Positions 28,081 through 43,285 of a DNA stretch of 64,000 nucleotides are shown here, in pieces. The number at the start of each line of letters is the position of its first letter. Position 1 is the stretch's first letter. The notes below the pieces were generated by a model, which ran no database searches, was not told the DNA's origin, and worked only from the letters and a program-made list of their open reading frames with translations. This stretch comes from the human T2T-CHM13v2.0 reference genome, Homo sapiens. The stretch lies in assembly GCF_009914755.1 (NCBI RefSeq), contig NC_060938.1. One strand, written 5' to 3'. Position numbers and translations under genes: made by a program.

Positions 28081-28653
28081 TAAATTTATGAAATCAATTA
28101 TCACAAGCATATAACATTTTTAGAAAAGTGTACTCTGATACTGAAATATTTTTTCTATGTCCACTATACTACATTGTTACTTATAGAGTTAAAAAGACCA
28201 CAAAGTAGAACAATTTGAAGCACTTTGGTTATAAAATAGTTTACTTGAAACTATTGCATATAAATATCATATATTCATGTCATAACATTTTTTCCTTTAG
28301 CCACCCTAGTTTCATGAAGATATACACATCTATTAATAAAACTCAATTTATCTGACCTAATATTGATAGTCCATCATAATAAAATGGAATTTAGAATGAA
28401 ACCCCAGATGAATAATTAATATGCTGACATTTTTATCTATAGGTAAAAGATAAATTGTTAAAAGCTTACTTTAAGAAGTTTATTAACATACTTAATTCCA
28501 CCTAAAAATTTAAATAATAAAAAAGCAGTTATCAAAGCCCCATAATTTTTAAATGACATAGATTCTTCTCAAATTTTATAGCCATATAAGAGCAAGTAAA
28601 TTATTGACTCAATCTAAATTAATTAATAAAAGAAAAATAGTAGAAATAATTAA

Positions 28654-29001
<348 letters not shown>

Positions 29002-29251
29002 ATTGTGTTTGCTTTTTAAAAATTGTAAAGTAACTGGTAGACTTTTGTAAAATAATGCCAATAATTAAAAAAAACTTTTCAGAAACTTGTATAATTAAAA
29101 GGTAACTGTTGTCAAATATTAGTTACTTCTGAAACTATTCACTTCTTCAAAATATGCTTCTTCTGCTCTTAAAGCTCATTTGGAAAAAGAAAACAATAAT
29201 GAATTAAATACATATATTTACCATTTAAATGTTTTAATTAAAATTATATTA

Positions 29252-29548
29252 GGGTTGGGCTCAGTGGCTCACACCTGTAATCCCAGCAACTTGGGAGACC
29301 AAGGCAGGCAGATCACTTGAGGTCAGAAGTTCGAGACCAGCCTGACCAATATGATGAAACCCCATCTCTACTAAAAATACCCAAGTTAGCCAGGTGTGGT
29401 GGCACATGCCTGTGATCCCAGTTACTTGGGAGGCTGAGGCAAGAGGATCGCTTGAACTCAGGAGGCAGAGGGTGCAGTGAGCCGAGATTGCACCACTGCA
29501 CTCCATCCTGGGTGACAGAGAGATTCTGCCTCAAAAAAAAGAAAAAAT
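29252..29548 (+). mobile_element. AluSx/Sz
   Basis: Full dimer with poly-A. Confidence 0.95.
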
Positions 29549-31199
29549 TCTATTCAGAATCTCTGACATATTCTTGTTAAATATAGATTTGAAAATTATA
29601 AAAGTTTCTCATTCTGAATTTTTAAAATAATATAGAATTTCTATATACTAAGTTTGATTGATATTTTGATCTAGTGAAATGAATTATGCATAAAGAGAAT
29701 CTAAATCAACCCATTGACTTCTTATGATTTTAAAGCATAAAACTTTTTGGATATCAGACATCTTTAATTTTTCTCCTTGGCTTTTTGACATACATTTTTG
29801 CATATGCCCAGACACCTATGTCTTTGCCCTGACAACTATTTTCTGTAGAAATGCTTTGCTTTACTTCTCTCAGAATAAAGAATGAATGTTTATTGCTCAA
29901 AATGTGGAGCACTGTGTTCTGTAAAAATATTCTACATGTTCATGGTGTTTGAGAACTAGTCGTATAGATCTAAATTCAGATTTCTTTGTTCTCATAGCTT
30001 ATTTTCTTACTTAAGAATTCAGATCTGAAATTTCTGATATTTTCATCAGTACTAGAGTTAACTTGATCATTGTTTTGTACATCATAATGACCATCTTTTC
30101 TATAATTTTTAATCCTTTTGTGCTGATAAAAACTTTTATTATTGAATTATCTTTAGCCATGTTTTTAACAAGTCAGTTGTCTCACTTGAAGTTCTTATTA
30201 CAGTTGAACAAACTGCAATATTATTCCTTCATATGAAAAACAGCATACCTTTCTCATCAAAGCTATTAATATAAGAATAAGTTGTTAAACTTAAAATTTG
30301 GTGTTGTAATGCAAAGTATATGTTTGTACCATCGTCCAGTAGTATCTCCTCAAATACTACATATTCTAAAAGTTCCTCATATTTACTTTTTATTATTGTA
30401 ATAAATGTGTTGACTGTGTGCTAGTCTTAGATATGAAGCTTTAACAAGTAGCTTTTACTTGGGCTAAACACAACCAGTTTAATATACGATTTTTTAAATT
30501 AACTTGTGAATATGTCCTCCTATATTACCTTTGACAAAGAAGTAGTGACTGAATGCTCATGGTATTTTTGGATTGACTAGAATTACTGCGTTTGAAGACA
30601 CTTAAAGAATCATTTGTTGCCAGTCTGGAGAGAGGTTTTCACTATGATGTTTGTATTTACATCTATCTTGTTCAATACTTCAAATCAACAATTTAGATGA
30701 ATGATTTGTCATACCTATTAGATTTCAGATTTAACAAGAGAACATCAAGTGGGCTAGGTTCAAAATTAAAAAAAAAAACCTGTCTATATGGAATGAGACA
30801 GTTTGATTTTAGCAGCAGAGTGTATAAAAAGCCTTAGAACTTTTATTTGGCTGAAATCTAAATGTTAGTCATTAGTGGGATATGATTGCTTGAAAATACA
30901 GATTTAGGTTATATTCTGAGAATAAGGGAGGTCACAGTCTTATAATACTTTCCCCTAGTCAGAATAACCCTTGGTGTTTGGGTAACATCATAAAGATAAA
31001 TAAAATAAAATAAAATAAAATAAGCTAAGAGTGTCAATGGATTTGGAGGCATTTGAAAATATATATAAACTGTGTTCCTTCAGATTGGGAAATTTTACCT
31101 TTGAAAAATAAAGAGTGGTAAAACTAACTTTTGTTTCCAAATGTTTAAGAATGCCTGTTGGTGACTTGTTCTGTTTGGCCACAAATTGTTGCAACAGTC

Positions 31200-31410
31200 T
31201 CATGGAGAGGAAGTGCCAGAGAGGCAGTTTTATTTTCTATTATAAGAAAGAGCTTTCTAATAATGGTAGATATTCGATAAGGGAAGAGCTATCTTAAAAG
31301 TAATGATGTTTATGCAGCTATAAAAATGTATTAATAATTCATGATTTTCAGGCTCAGAGGATGTTCTGGCTAAGGAGGTAAATTGGTAGGACAAGAGACC
31401 TCTACCTCAA
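31200..31410 (+). mobile_element. L3/CR1 3' fragment
   Basis: gaggcagtttt...tataagaaagagctttctaataat resembles L3. Confidence 0.5.
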
Positions 31411-31639
31411 CTTAAGAAAAACAACTCCACATTTTTGTATTTTACATATCCAGATTTTATAAGATGAAAAGATAATGAAGCTATGTTTTAAAATTTTACA
31501 ATCACAGAATTGCATTGGCAATAATGCTGTAAAAAACATTTAAGCATTTGAAAGAATATTTGAATTGGACAGCTTTTAAAGTCTTATCAAACATCATTTT
31601 AATAATAACTATAATGAAATTATAACATTGTCTACAAAT

Positions 31640-31820
31640 AAAGTGCTGGAGAGCTTGACACACTCTCCTTAATCCTCACCATGGCCCTGAAAACATTATT
31701 ATACTCATTTTAAATATGAGAGGAATGAGGATCAGAAAGGTTCAGCATTTTGGATGAGGGCCTATGGCATGTAGAAGGAGCTGGGCTTATAACCTTAGTT
31801 ACACTGGACTTGTACCATTA
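31640..31820 (-). mobile_element. MIR
   Basis: ttaatcctcaccatggccctg...attatactcattttaaatatgagaggaatgaggatcagaaaggtt. Confidence 0.75.
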
Positions 31821-33486
31821 CACAGTATTATAAAATTGTAGAGTTGGGAGTACTCTTAGGGATCATATTCTAAACTATTTTGGTTCTGTTATTTTACGGC
31901 ATATAAGACATCACCATCTAGTGATAGGCTAATTTGTTTTTTAATATCTTCAAACTCACTCCTCTGTTCTTGGGTTATTTAATTACTTTTGGAGTAGTTC
32001 AAGGTTAAATTAGGAAGGATCTTCCTATGTGAACTGAAATCTGCTTTTTCATGCAACCCAATTAAAAATATAGTGCTTTTTAATGTTCTGTTGCTCTGGT
32101 CTCTTCTTTGAAGGTATTTATATTTAAATTGCAGAAATACAATATGAAGACAAAGCATACAAATATATTAAGAACTTCCCCAGTAGGATTATACCCTTAA
32201 AAAATTTTTGTCCAAAATAAATTATAATTTAAATCAAAAGAGTTAACATAATCACCCATTGTCATTAGGTCTGTTCTGGCAAACATATTTGTAAGATAAG
32301 AGACGATCATAACAAGCATAGTAGTAGCTCAACAAACAAACTACAAACATCCATTCTAAAGGATGGTTCAATCTGCAACTGAATAAAAGAGAATCGTAAG
32401 ATCTAAGTGGAATCTCAGCTGCTAGGTTGGTCAAATCAATCAGGAGGCAACAAGGATGTCCTTGACATGGGTGGAGAAAAGCATTTCTGTTGTCAGGGCC
32501 TGACAACAGAAAGACATGTGTTAAACCAAGAGAGATTTTAATAAATCTCTCCATTCATAAATATAGGGCTCCAAGTCAGTATTTAATTCCCAGGACAAAG
32601 CAGTATCTACTTCTTAGCATACCGGTCAAAAACAGATATGGGCAAATGGTAAGTCTGATCACTGGATTGCAATTCAATTCATCTCAATATGTGGATCAAT
32701 AACTTAAACCCAGGTAGACAGTTAATTCTAGAGTGACCAAGTTGAAAAACTGATTAGAAACACACACACACACGTACGTACATATCATATATGTAAGTAC
32801 GAAATCACACTTATTCATCTTAATAAGGAACTTTTTCAATTTTTTCCCATTACTTTATGTTAGAACATTATTATCACTCAGGAGACAAATTTTACTTTTA
32901 AAGATAGAAATATATATCTGGTCTAAAATGATAACTAAGCTAACTATATATCAAAATGTTGGTAACATTGATAAGTTATATTATCTTCTGTACAAAAAGG
33001 TATACTTGCCATCTGAAATACAATCACTGAGCTGGACCTCATGTCCAAATATGCCCATTATTTTCTGTGTTCCCATTTGGACATTGATGACCCCAAAAAA
33101 AATCTTTCCAAAATTTGGCTTTAGAATATCACTGAAGACAATAAGAGTTGAATAAAAGTAACATAACATTTTGGGCAAAATTAATGTATTTACTTACTCT
33201 AGAGAATCCAGTGAATTTTAGCAAATGCAACCATGTTTGCTAAAGCTGAGATAGAGCACACACATAGGATTTCAGGAGATCAAAATAAGAGCCACTATTT
33301 CATCACTGTTATTATGTGACGGTGCTATGGGCAATACATGGAAGCTAAATGTAATTCCGTTCATTTCTTTCTTATTTTTTCTAGTCTCTAATTTTATGAG
33401 CTCCTAGTAAGCTATAAAGTCTTCTGGGAAAATGCTAGTTCATTTTAATGGAAATATGCAAATAAAAAGAAAGCACTGTTAGAAAC

Positions 33487-33581
33487 TATATATATATATA
33501 TGTACAGTTATTATTATATATACAATTATATATTATATATGTGCTATATATATATATATCTGTATAATACACACACACACA
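33487..33581. repeat. (TA)n/(CA)n compound microsatellite
   Basis: Direct reading. Confidence 0.9.
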
Positions 33582-33999
33582 CTGAGAAGTATCACATAAT
33601 TTGGCATTATCCAGCAATCAATTTTTGACTGCTGCTTTTGTCCTGTGTAGGATTTCAGGCTTGAATCCTAAAAGGAAATATTTCTCAATATTATCTATAT
33701 TATTTTATTTAAAATAATTATAACCTTATCTTTGTACTTTTACATCTTTAAAAAAATAAAGAATCGTATACAGTCAAACCATTTTCATTATAAAGAAATA
33801 TCCTGAATAACAATAAATGGAAAAAACTGGGAGTGTTAGAGAGCTCATATAAAGTTTATAATGGGAGTTACAAAAAGGATTGGAAAGCTGTCATCATTTG
33901 CTAACACATTCTGCAATGACTGCTTAAAATCAAGTTAGGTTTTTTTTTTTTTTTTGAAATCACATTTCTGTGTCACTCCTGATATATCATTTTAGCTAC

Positions 34000-34950
34000 C
34001 CTCTTTGGTTCTGCTTATTTTATTATGATGCAATCATATTTGCTTTCATTTTACAGAAGTATGACAGCCCTGGGAAAAATACTGAGAATTCTAACAAAGT
34101 ACCGATAATGCAATAGGAAAAAGAAGGAAATTAGTATTTCAACTCCCTTTTGTTCTGACTCTCATGTTTTTGACATAGTTTTCTGCAAATTGGTATCAAT
34201 GATGCTGCAGGGCAGAATCAACTCACTTTCTACTGCATATTTAGTTATTAGTCTTCCCTCTTAGTTTACAGGGATAAGGCATAATGTTGACATTGGCTTT
34301 TTTGTTTTGAACTTAAATCTTCCAGGGAAGAAAAAAAACATAATCTCTTTTCCCTCCTTCTGTGATTAATTTCTGCAATGTTATATGTGAGGGAAGCTGA
34401 GTGATGCTGTGCCCACCAAGCTGTGGTGGACATTTGCTTCAAAGAAGTTAGTGACTTTGCAACCAGCTCTCTGTGGGTGTCACTTGTGTGCAGTGGTGCA
34501 GAGGGAAAATATGGAGAGGATGAAAAGAAAACCATTAATGCAGTTTGTGTTTCAGATTCCATGCCAATTTAATATTGTGTATTAATGATGCATTTTGGCA
34601 ATAAAACCATTTAATAATCATTAAACAGAAATTGCCATTCCCCATTAAGTGCAGACTGTGTTATAACACATTTGCTAATTTCTCATTAAATTCACCATAA
34701 ATTAAATAACAGATTTTGTGTGTATAACTAAGGAGAAAAACCCCTTTAATTTATTTTCCAAAGAAAATAAACATCTTTTGGGAAAATTGTCCAAACCTTC
34801 GGGTTATAATTAGAGAACAAAACAGAAAGCTTCTTTTTTTTTATGTTTAAAATTAACATCCAAAGAAAATGAAGATTGTTCAAATGTGGTGTCTTTTGAA
34901 AGAATGGTTGTTAAATGCAAGATTCAAATTTGCAACCTACAAATTTATTT
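34000..34950. promoter_or_regulatory. Candidate conserved non-coding element or enhancer
   Basis: No recognisable repeat; dense TAAT/ATTA, GCAATAAAA (34598) and CCATAAA (34695) homeodomain motifs. Confidence 0.35.
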
Positions 34951-35428
34951 AACTCTCAGTCATTGAAAACACTTCAAGAGAATTAAAGGTGGAGATTCTC
35001 AGTAGTGAAGGGAAAAGGAGAGAAGGGGATAATGGTTCTAGTTCCTCCTTACCCCCATTTCCCAGGCATAGTTTTGAGATGCTATCTGAATAGGTGGAAT
35101 TCGTTTGGAGGTTCACCTCTTATTTATCTATACGGATCTGGGACAGTCAAAAGACTTCTAAACTGGGAATGTTACACTCATTTTCACCCCAGTAGACGTT
35201 AAAACATTTTAAGTGATATTTGATATTTGTTGTTGTAACATGTGCTTGATTACAGGAAAACTTAACAGAGGCCCCTAAGAAGGAAAAAAAGTACAAAGGA
35301 AGACATCTGCATTTTTATCTATAGAAGTGTGGTTCTAGACAGAGTTCATGTGTACAGAAAAACTGTTAAAAATCTTTGCTTCTGTCTTGTGAGATTTTGA
35401 GTGGTTTTAACACTATTTCTTATATTTC

Positions 35429-35907
35429 TAGCTGGCCCTTGAACAATAATTGGTTTGAACTATGCGGACGCAGTTACATAAGACTTTTTTCAATAAGAGT
35501 CACACCCAGTGTGCCTGCTTACTTGCCTCCCTCTCTTCCACCTCGGAAACAACAAGAGCAACCCTTCTTCCTCCTCCATCTCAGTCTACTCTAGGTGAAG
35601 ATGATGAGGATGAAGACCTTTACCATAATCCACCTACACTTAATGAATAGTAATTATATTTTCTGTTCTGTATGGTTTTCTTAATGACATTTTATTTTCT
35701 CTTGCTTACTTTTTTTGTAAGAATACAGAATCACATCAATATACCATACAAAATATGTGTTAATTGGCCTTATGTTATTCATAAGGCTTCCAGTCAATGG
35801 TAGGCTCTTAGTAGTTAAGTTTGGGGAGAGTAAAAAGTTATACATAGACTTTCAACTGCATTGGGATGTCAGAGCCCTTAACTCCCGTGTTGTTCAAGAG
35901 CCACATG
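35429..35907 (+). mobile_element. Tigger2a (MER28)
   Basis: TIR-like gcccttgaacaa...tgttgttcaagag; body gaagatgatgaggatgaagacctt. Confidence 0.9.
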
Positions 35908-36112
35908 TACATATTTAACATTCTTCTTTATATTTGTCATTATTGTTGATTTTTCTATGTGAGTGTTTTTCAATTGGAAATATATGTTCAAAAATTATTA
36001 TAGTTGAAATGATTATATGAAATACAGAGATAAAGACAAATGAAAAACAATGATTACATTTAATAGTATGAATCATACTGAATATTTGTTAAATAAAAAA
36101 TTTAGTTAGAAT

Positions 36113-36859
<747 letters not shown>

Positions 36860-38825
36860 GAATGGATCGATAATATTATAGAGCCTTCTTTACATTTAGT
36901 GGGAAATGATCGTAGCAGCTATCTAATAATTAAGCAGATGAAGAGTTTTTTTGATGAATTGATCAACTGAAAGTTTGCTTAAATAAAAAATAGTGTTTTA
37001 TTTCTAAAGCATGTCTGTGCGAAGTTGAAACATAATATCAGGTAGAAAATGTAACTCGCTAATAAATGCCATATACATAATTTTAAATATTCGTTGCTCA
37101 AAATAATCTTGTGATGCCAACCTTGAAGTAAGGAAATGTTACAATACTTTGTAACTCATTCGTGGCGTTGAACATACCTGCAGTTTTATGAACAGCATAG
37201 TTTGGCACCAGACCATGAAGAACTTCTGAGAACCACTTAATCCAAACCTTCACCTTTACTAAGAAAGGACAATACCAGAAGTCTTATGAAATCCTATCAA
37301 CTTTTTCAAAATACTACAATGTGCTTTCAAATTTTCTTCGAAAATCCATTTCTTCAAGTCCTACGGTATTTGCCTGCCTCTGCTTTCCCCAGAGATTTCT
37401 CACTGCTTACTTCAACATAGGTTTTTCTAAATTCCTATTCAATTATTAAAATTAATGCCTGCCAAGGCATTAATAGTGACAATACTATTAGCCTTTCTTC
37501 TCCTGTCCTCCTTGCAAACTTATTAAGGTACATTGTTAAGTGAGATTTCCTGGTCTCTAGTGGTTCAATTCCCACCTACTAGAGCTTCTTCTTTGTCCTT
37601 GACTTTTCTTCCCTGGCAATCAGGCTCTGAAGCTGCTTCTCACTACCAGTCCTTTCACATACCTCAGCACTACCCTCCAAAATGTTTGTTGGCTTCTAGG
37701 AATTTTTCTGTCCTTCTCCTTTATATCAGTACTTGCATTGTTCCTAATACTAGGCTTTGCTTTGAAACATATGCAAAAGCTCTGACTAATGTCATAATAT
37801 AAATATCTCAAAACCTATCCAAAAAGTAATCAGTAAACTAAACTCTCTCTTCCTATATTTGATTGGCTACCTTCATGGAAGCAAACTGTGGCTCCAGACA
37901 AACTTAGATACTCTTGCCTTTCATTCCATGAACCAGATGAGTAACCAGTCAAATCCTGACTTCCAAGAATTAAACCTTAGAATGAACCCTTTCTGGATCT
38001 TTCTCTTTACACACTGCTGAGAAAATCCTGAAACCTGGATAGGCTAGAAAGAGGAGATAACAGTACTAATAAGCTACTTCATACCAAACTTTAGATGCTT
38101 CACCTCCTGACCAGACACAGTGGCCATGCTGCACAGACTAAGGTCTGAAACCTTTTAATTCTGAAATGTAATGCTTATGTTGTGCTCACATGTAAAACAC
38201 TTTGTTCACATTAAATTGATTGGATATTAACCAAACTAAACTATAGCCAGGCTGTTCAGAGAAAGAGAGAGAGAGAGGGAGAGAGAGAAGATACAAACTA
38301 ACAGCAGAAGGAATTAAAGAAGTGACATCACTATGAATTCTACAGATATTAAGGAAATATTAAAACCAATGTTATAATAATATATAAATAAATTCAACAA
38401 TGTCAATAACAAAGGCACATTATTTAACAACCTCAAACTACTAAAGGTCATGGAACAAGAATAGATAACCAAAATAGCCTTATATCGACTAAAGAAATTG
38501 AATTTGCAGTTTAAATCTTCCCATAAAGAAAATTCTGACCCTATATTCCTGCACTAGTGAATTCTATTAAACATTAAGGAATAAATAATACTAATTCTAC
38601 ACAAACTGTTTCATATAATTGAAGAGAAAGAAATAGTTCTCAACTTGTTCTATAGGTCAGCTTTCTCCTAATACCAAAGGGACAAAGACATTACAAGAAA
38701 CATAAACTCACACAAAAACACAGACCTATATTCTCATAAACTTATATCCATTATAAACATAGGTACAAAAATTTTAATCAGCAAGTCAGATGAAATGATA
38801 TTTTTAAAAGTATAATATGTTATGA

Positions 38826-39160
<335 letters not shown>

Positions 39161-40305
39161 TGGTTCTTTTAAACATTTGAAAATCAGCTATTGAAACCTA
39201 TCATAATTGCAAACTGAAAAAGAAAAATTGTATGATTATCTCAATGGATATAGAAAAAGCATTTGGCAAAAATCTAATATTTGTTCCTGATAAAACTATC
39301 AGAAAAATAGAAACTGAAAAAGACTTCCTCAAAATTTATAAATGGCATCTATGAAAAAATTACAACTAATGTTTTATTTCATTGTAAAATACTGACTGAT
39401 TTTTCCGGTACAATCAGGAAACAGACAAGAATGACTACCCTCACCACTTTTCCTTAATATTGTACTGGAGGTTCTAGCCAGTGTAATATGACAAGAAAAT
39501 AAAATCAAAGGCATACAAATGGGAAAATAAGTTAAACTGTGTTTATTAGCAAATAACCTAGTCATCCATATGAACAATCTGATGAAATCTAAAACAAATC
39601 TACTAAAACTAATAATGGAGTTTAGAAAGTCTTCAGTGTGAAATATTGATTTGAAACATATCAATTATATTACTATCTGCTGGCAATAAAAATAGAAAAA
39701 TAAAAATTAAAAAATGTAATTTACAATGGCATCACAAACTATTAAATACTTAAATAAATCTGACCTAAAATATGCAATGCTTGAACACTGAATAAAAACA
39801 CAACATTGCTGAGAGAAATTGAAGAAAACATAAGTAAATGGTGGGACATATTTTGCTCATAGGTAAAAATATTTAGTATTGTTAGGATAACACTTATCCC
39901 AAAATAGATCTGTAGATTCCACATAATTCCAATAAAAATTCTATCAGTTTTATTTTTGTAGAAGTTAGCAAGCTTATTGTAAAAATGCATATGGAAATGC
40001 AAAAAAAACAAGAATGGTCAAAATAACTTTGAAGGGAAACAAAGTAGGAATGCTAACATTACTTGATTTCAAAATATAAAGCTGAAGTATTTAATAGGAT
40101 TCAGTATGATACTTGCATAAAGATTGACAAACAGTTTAATGGGTCAGAACATGAGTTCAGAAATGGACAACAAATTTTTTTAAAACTCAATATCATCCCT
40201 ATTTCCTTATAAAATGAACTCATGTCTACACGAATACAAAAATTTTAACACAAATTGGATCTTATAATTAAGTGTAAAATATAGAACTATAAGATATCTA
40301 AAAAA

Positions 40306-40650
40306 GGCCAGATCTGTGGCTCATGCCTGTAATACCAGCACTTTGGGCAGCCAAGGCTGGGGAAACACCTGAGATCAAGTTCAAGACCAGCCTGGCCAAC
40401 ATGGTGAAACCCTGTCTCTACTAAAACTACAAAAATTAGCTGGACGTGGTGGCAGGCACCTGCAGTCTAAGCTACTCAAGAGGCTGAGGCAGGAGAATCA
40501 CTTGAACATGATTCAAGTGGAATCATGTTCCACTTGGGAGGTGGAAGTTGCAGTGAGCTGAGATTGTGTCACTGCACTCCAGCCTGGGCAACAGAGCAAG
40601 ACTCCATCTCAAAAAAATAATAGTAATAAATAAAATAATAAAATAAAATA
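40306..40650 (+). mobile_element. AluSx/Sz with a palindromic insertion
   Basis: Dimer with (TAAAA)n-like tail; extra sequence at about 40507-40535. Confidence 0.93.
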
Positions 40651-40680
40651 ACTAAAAGAAAACAAAAAAATCTTTGTGAC

Positions 40681-41061
40681 TGTGTTAGTTCATTCTCACA
40701 CTGCTATAAGGAACTACTTGAGACTTGGTAATTTATGAAGAAAAGAGGCTTAATTAACTCACAGTTCTGCAGGCTTAATAGGAAGCATGTCTGGGAGGCC
40801 ACAGGAATCTTACAACCATGGCGGAAGGTGAGGAGGAAGCAAGCACCTTCTTCACATGGCAGCAGGAGAGAGAGGGCGAGAGAACGGGGGAAGTGCTACA
40901 CACTTTCAACTGATGAGATCTTGTGGAAATTCTATCAGAAGAACAGCAAGGGGGAAGTCCACCCCCATGATTCAATCACCTCCCAACAGCTCCCTCTGTC
41001 AACACTGGGAATTAAAATTAGACGTGAAATTTGGGTGGGGAAACAGAGCCAAATCATATCA
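40681..41061 (-). mobile_element. MSTA solo LTR
   Basis: tgtgttagtt...aatcatatca; 5-bp TSD gtgac at 40676-40680 and 41062-41066. Confidence 0.93.
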
Positions 41062-41186
41062 GTGACTTCGGGCCTTATATGTTGCAAAAATAATGAAATA
41101 AAAAATTGATAAACTTGAATTTATCAACATTAAAATATTTAGTGCTTCAAAGGACACTGTTAGGACAATAAAAAGAAAAACTGCAA

Positions 41187-41687
41187 TGCCGAGACCAGCT
41201 GGGTTGGGACACCCTAACCCAGCGGCGCTAGAGGAATTAAAGACACACACACAGAAATATAGAAGTGTGAAGTGGGAAATCAGGGGTCTCACATGAGAGC
41301 CCCGAACAGAGATTTATCCACGTATTTATTAACAGCAAGCCAGTCATTAGCATTGTTTCTATAGATATTAGATTAACTAAAAGTATCCCTTATGGGAAAT
41401 GAAGGGATGGGCCAAAGTAAAGGGATGGGTTGGGCTAGTTATCTGCAGGAGGATCATGTCCTTAAGGCACAGATCGTTCATGCTATTGTTTGTGGTTTAA
41501 GAATGCCTTTAAGCGGTTTTCCACCCTGGGTGGGCCAGGTGTTCCTTGCCCTCATTCAGGTAAACACACAACCTTCCAGCGTGGGCGTTATGGCCATCAC
41601 GAACATGTCACAGTGCTGCAGAGATTTTGTTTATGGCCAGTTTTGGGGCCAGTTTATGGCCAGATTTTGGGGGGCCTGTTCCCAATA
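41187..41687 (-). mobile_element. MER9 (HERV-K HML-3) solo LTR
   Basis: Minus strand starts TATTGGGAACAGGCCCCCCAAAATCTGGCCATAAACTGGCC; 6-bp TSD ctgcaa/ctacaa. Confidence 0.92.
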
Positions 41688-43090
41688 CTACAAACTTGTA
41701 GGAAAAAAAATTGTAAATGACTTATTAGAAGATACAGAGAAAATATAAATAATCCCTAAACTCAATAAGAAAACAACCAAAAAAAAATTAAAAAGAATTT
41801 GAACAGATACTTTACTAAAGAAGATATATGAATAAAATATAAGCATGCAAAAATAATCAGTATCATTAGTCATTACAGGAATACAAACTGGAACCACAAT
41901 AAGAGATTACTACATACTTATTAGATGGCTAAAATTAAAGACTGTCCATACAAATTGTTTGTAAGAATGTGGAGGATCTGAAATTCTCATTCATTGCTGA
42001 TAAGATTAGAAAATGGTGCAATCATTTAAAAAAAAAAAACAGTTTGGCAGCTTTTAAAAATATATGGAAAAAAAAAGAAATACCTACCATTTGATCCAGC
42101 TATTGATTTGTAGGTATTTACGCAAGTGAATATATAGCCTATAGTCATACAAAGATTTACACATAAATGTTCATAACGGCTTTATTGTAATAGCCCAAAA
42201 CTGTAAATGATCCAATTCTCTATTAGCAGGTGAATTGATAAACAAATAGTAGTATGTCCATACAGTGGAATCTTATTCAGCAATAACAAAATGAACCACT
42301 TACACAAACAACAATGTAGATAAATCTAAAAATAACCATACTAAATTAAAGAAGCCAGACAATAATCTTTATATATTACATGATTCCATTTATCTAAAAT
42401 TTGAGAAAATGTAAATCAATTAATAGAGACAGCAAGCAGATCAGAGTGATTCCCTGTGGAGGGCTGCGATGAAGTTGGAGGGAGATATACATAGATGGAG
42501 GGTGGAATTACACAGAAGGAGGGAGGGATTGCACAAAAGCAGGAAGAATCTTCTGGTGGGGGGTGATGAATATGTTCACTACACTAATTGTAATGATGGT
42601 TCTTCAGGTGTACAGATCTGTCAAAACTTCTCAAGTTTTAACTTTAAGTACGTATAATTGATATACATCAATTATACCTCAGTTAACAATGAAAATAAAA
42701 ATATTAAACCTTTTAATTCTAAAAAATTACATTCATATGTTGGGCTCACATATAAAACCAGTTTGATCTTATAAAAATAACTGGACATTATCCTGTAGCT
42801 TTACTCTGAAGGAGTATTTCCTTATGTTCTTGTCTAATTTAAAATAAATTTCTTTCAGTCTTACTGAGGTAGAGATAAATAAAACAGCAAATTAACTCCT
42901 CTGTCTAAAAATGCCCATTACTGTTTTCTTCTAAACAATTTACTTTTCATTAGTAATCAGATCCCATTTTGACAATAGTAATTTTCATTCCTTTTCTCTA
43001 AGCCATAGTTTCCTTGTTCATTCAAGGGTACATTAGTTGCTAGAAGATCTTGTCTAAATCCTGGAGGAAAATAATTGACATATTCTAATT

Positions 43091-43285
43091 CAGTGATTCT
43101 CACTGGAGTCTGAGAATCTGGGCTAAGCAGAATTTATATGTATTACTTGGAGAAGTTTGTTAATATTATCAGTACTTGATCCACACCTTTGTAAATCCTA
43201 AATCCTATCAGGAGTGAACAATCTTTATTTCTTAAAAGCTTTCGTGTGTTGATATGTAATGCATGGCCAGTCTTGGGAACCACTG
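43091..43285. mobile_element. MER5-type hAT-Charlie MITE
   Basis: TIRs cagtgattctca ... tgggaaccactg, about 195 bp apart. Confidence 0.65.
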
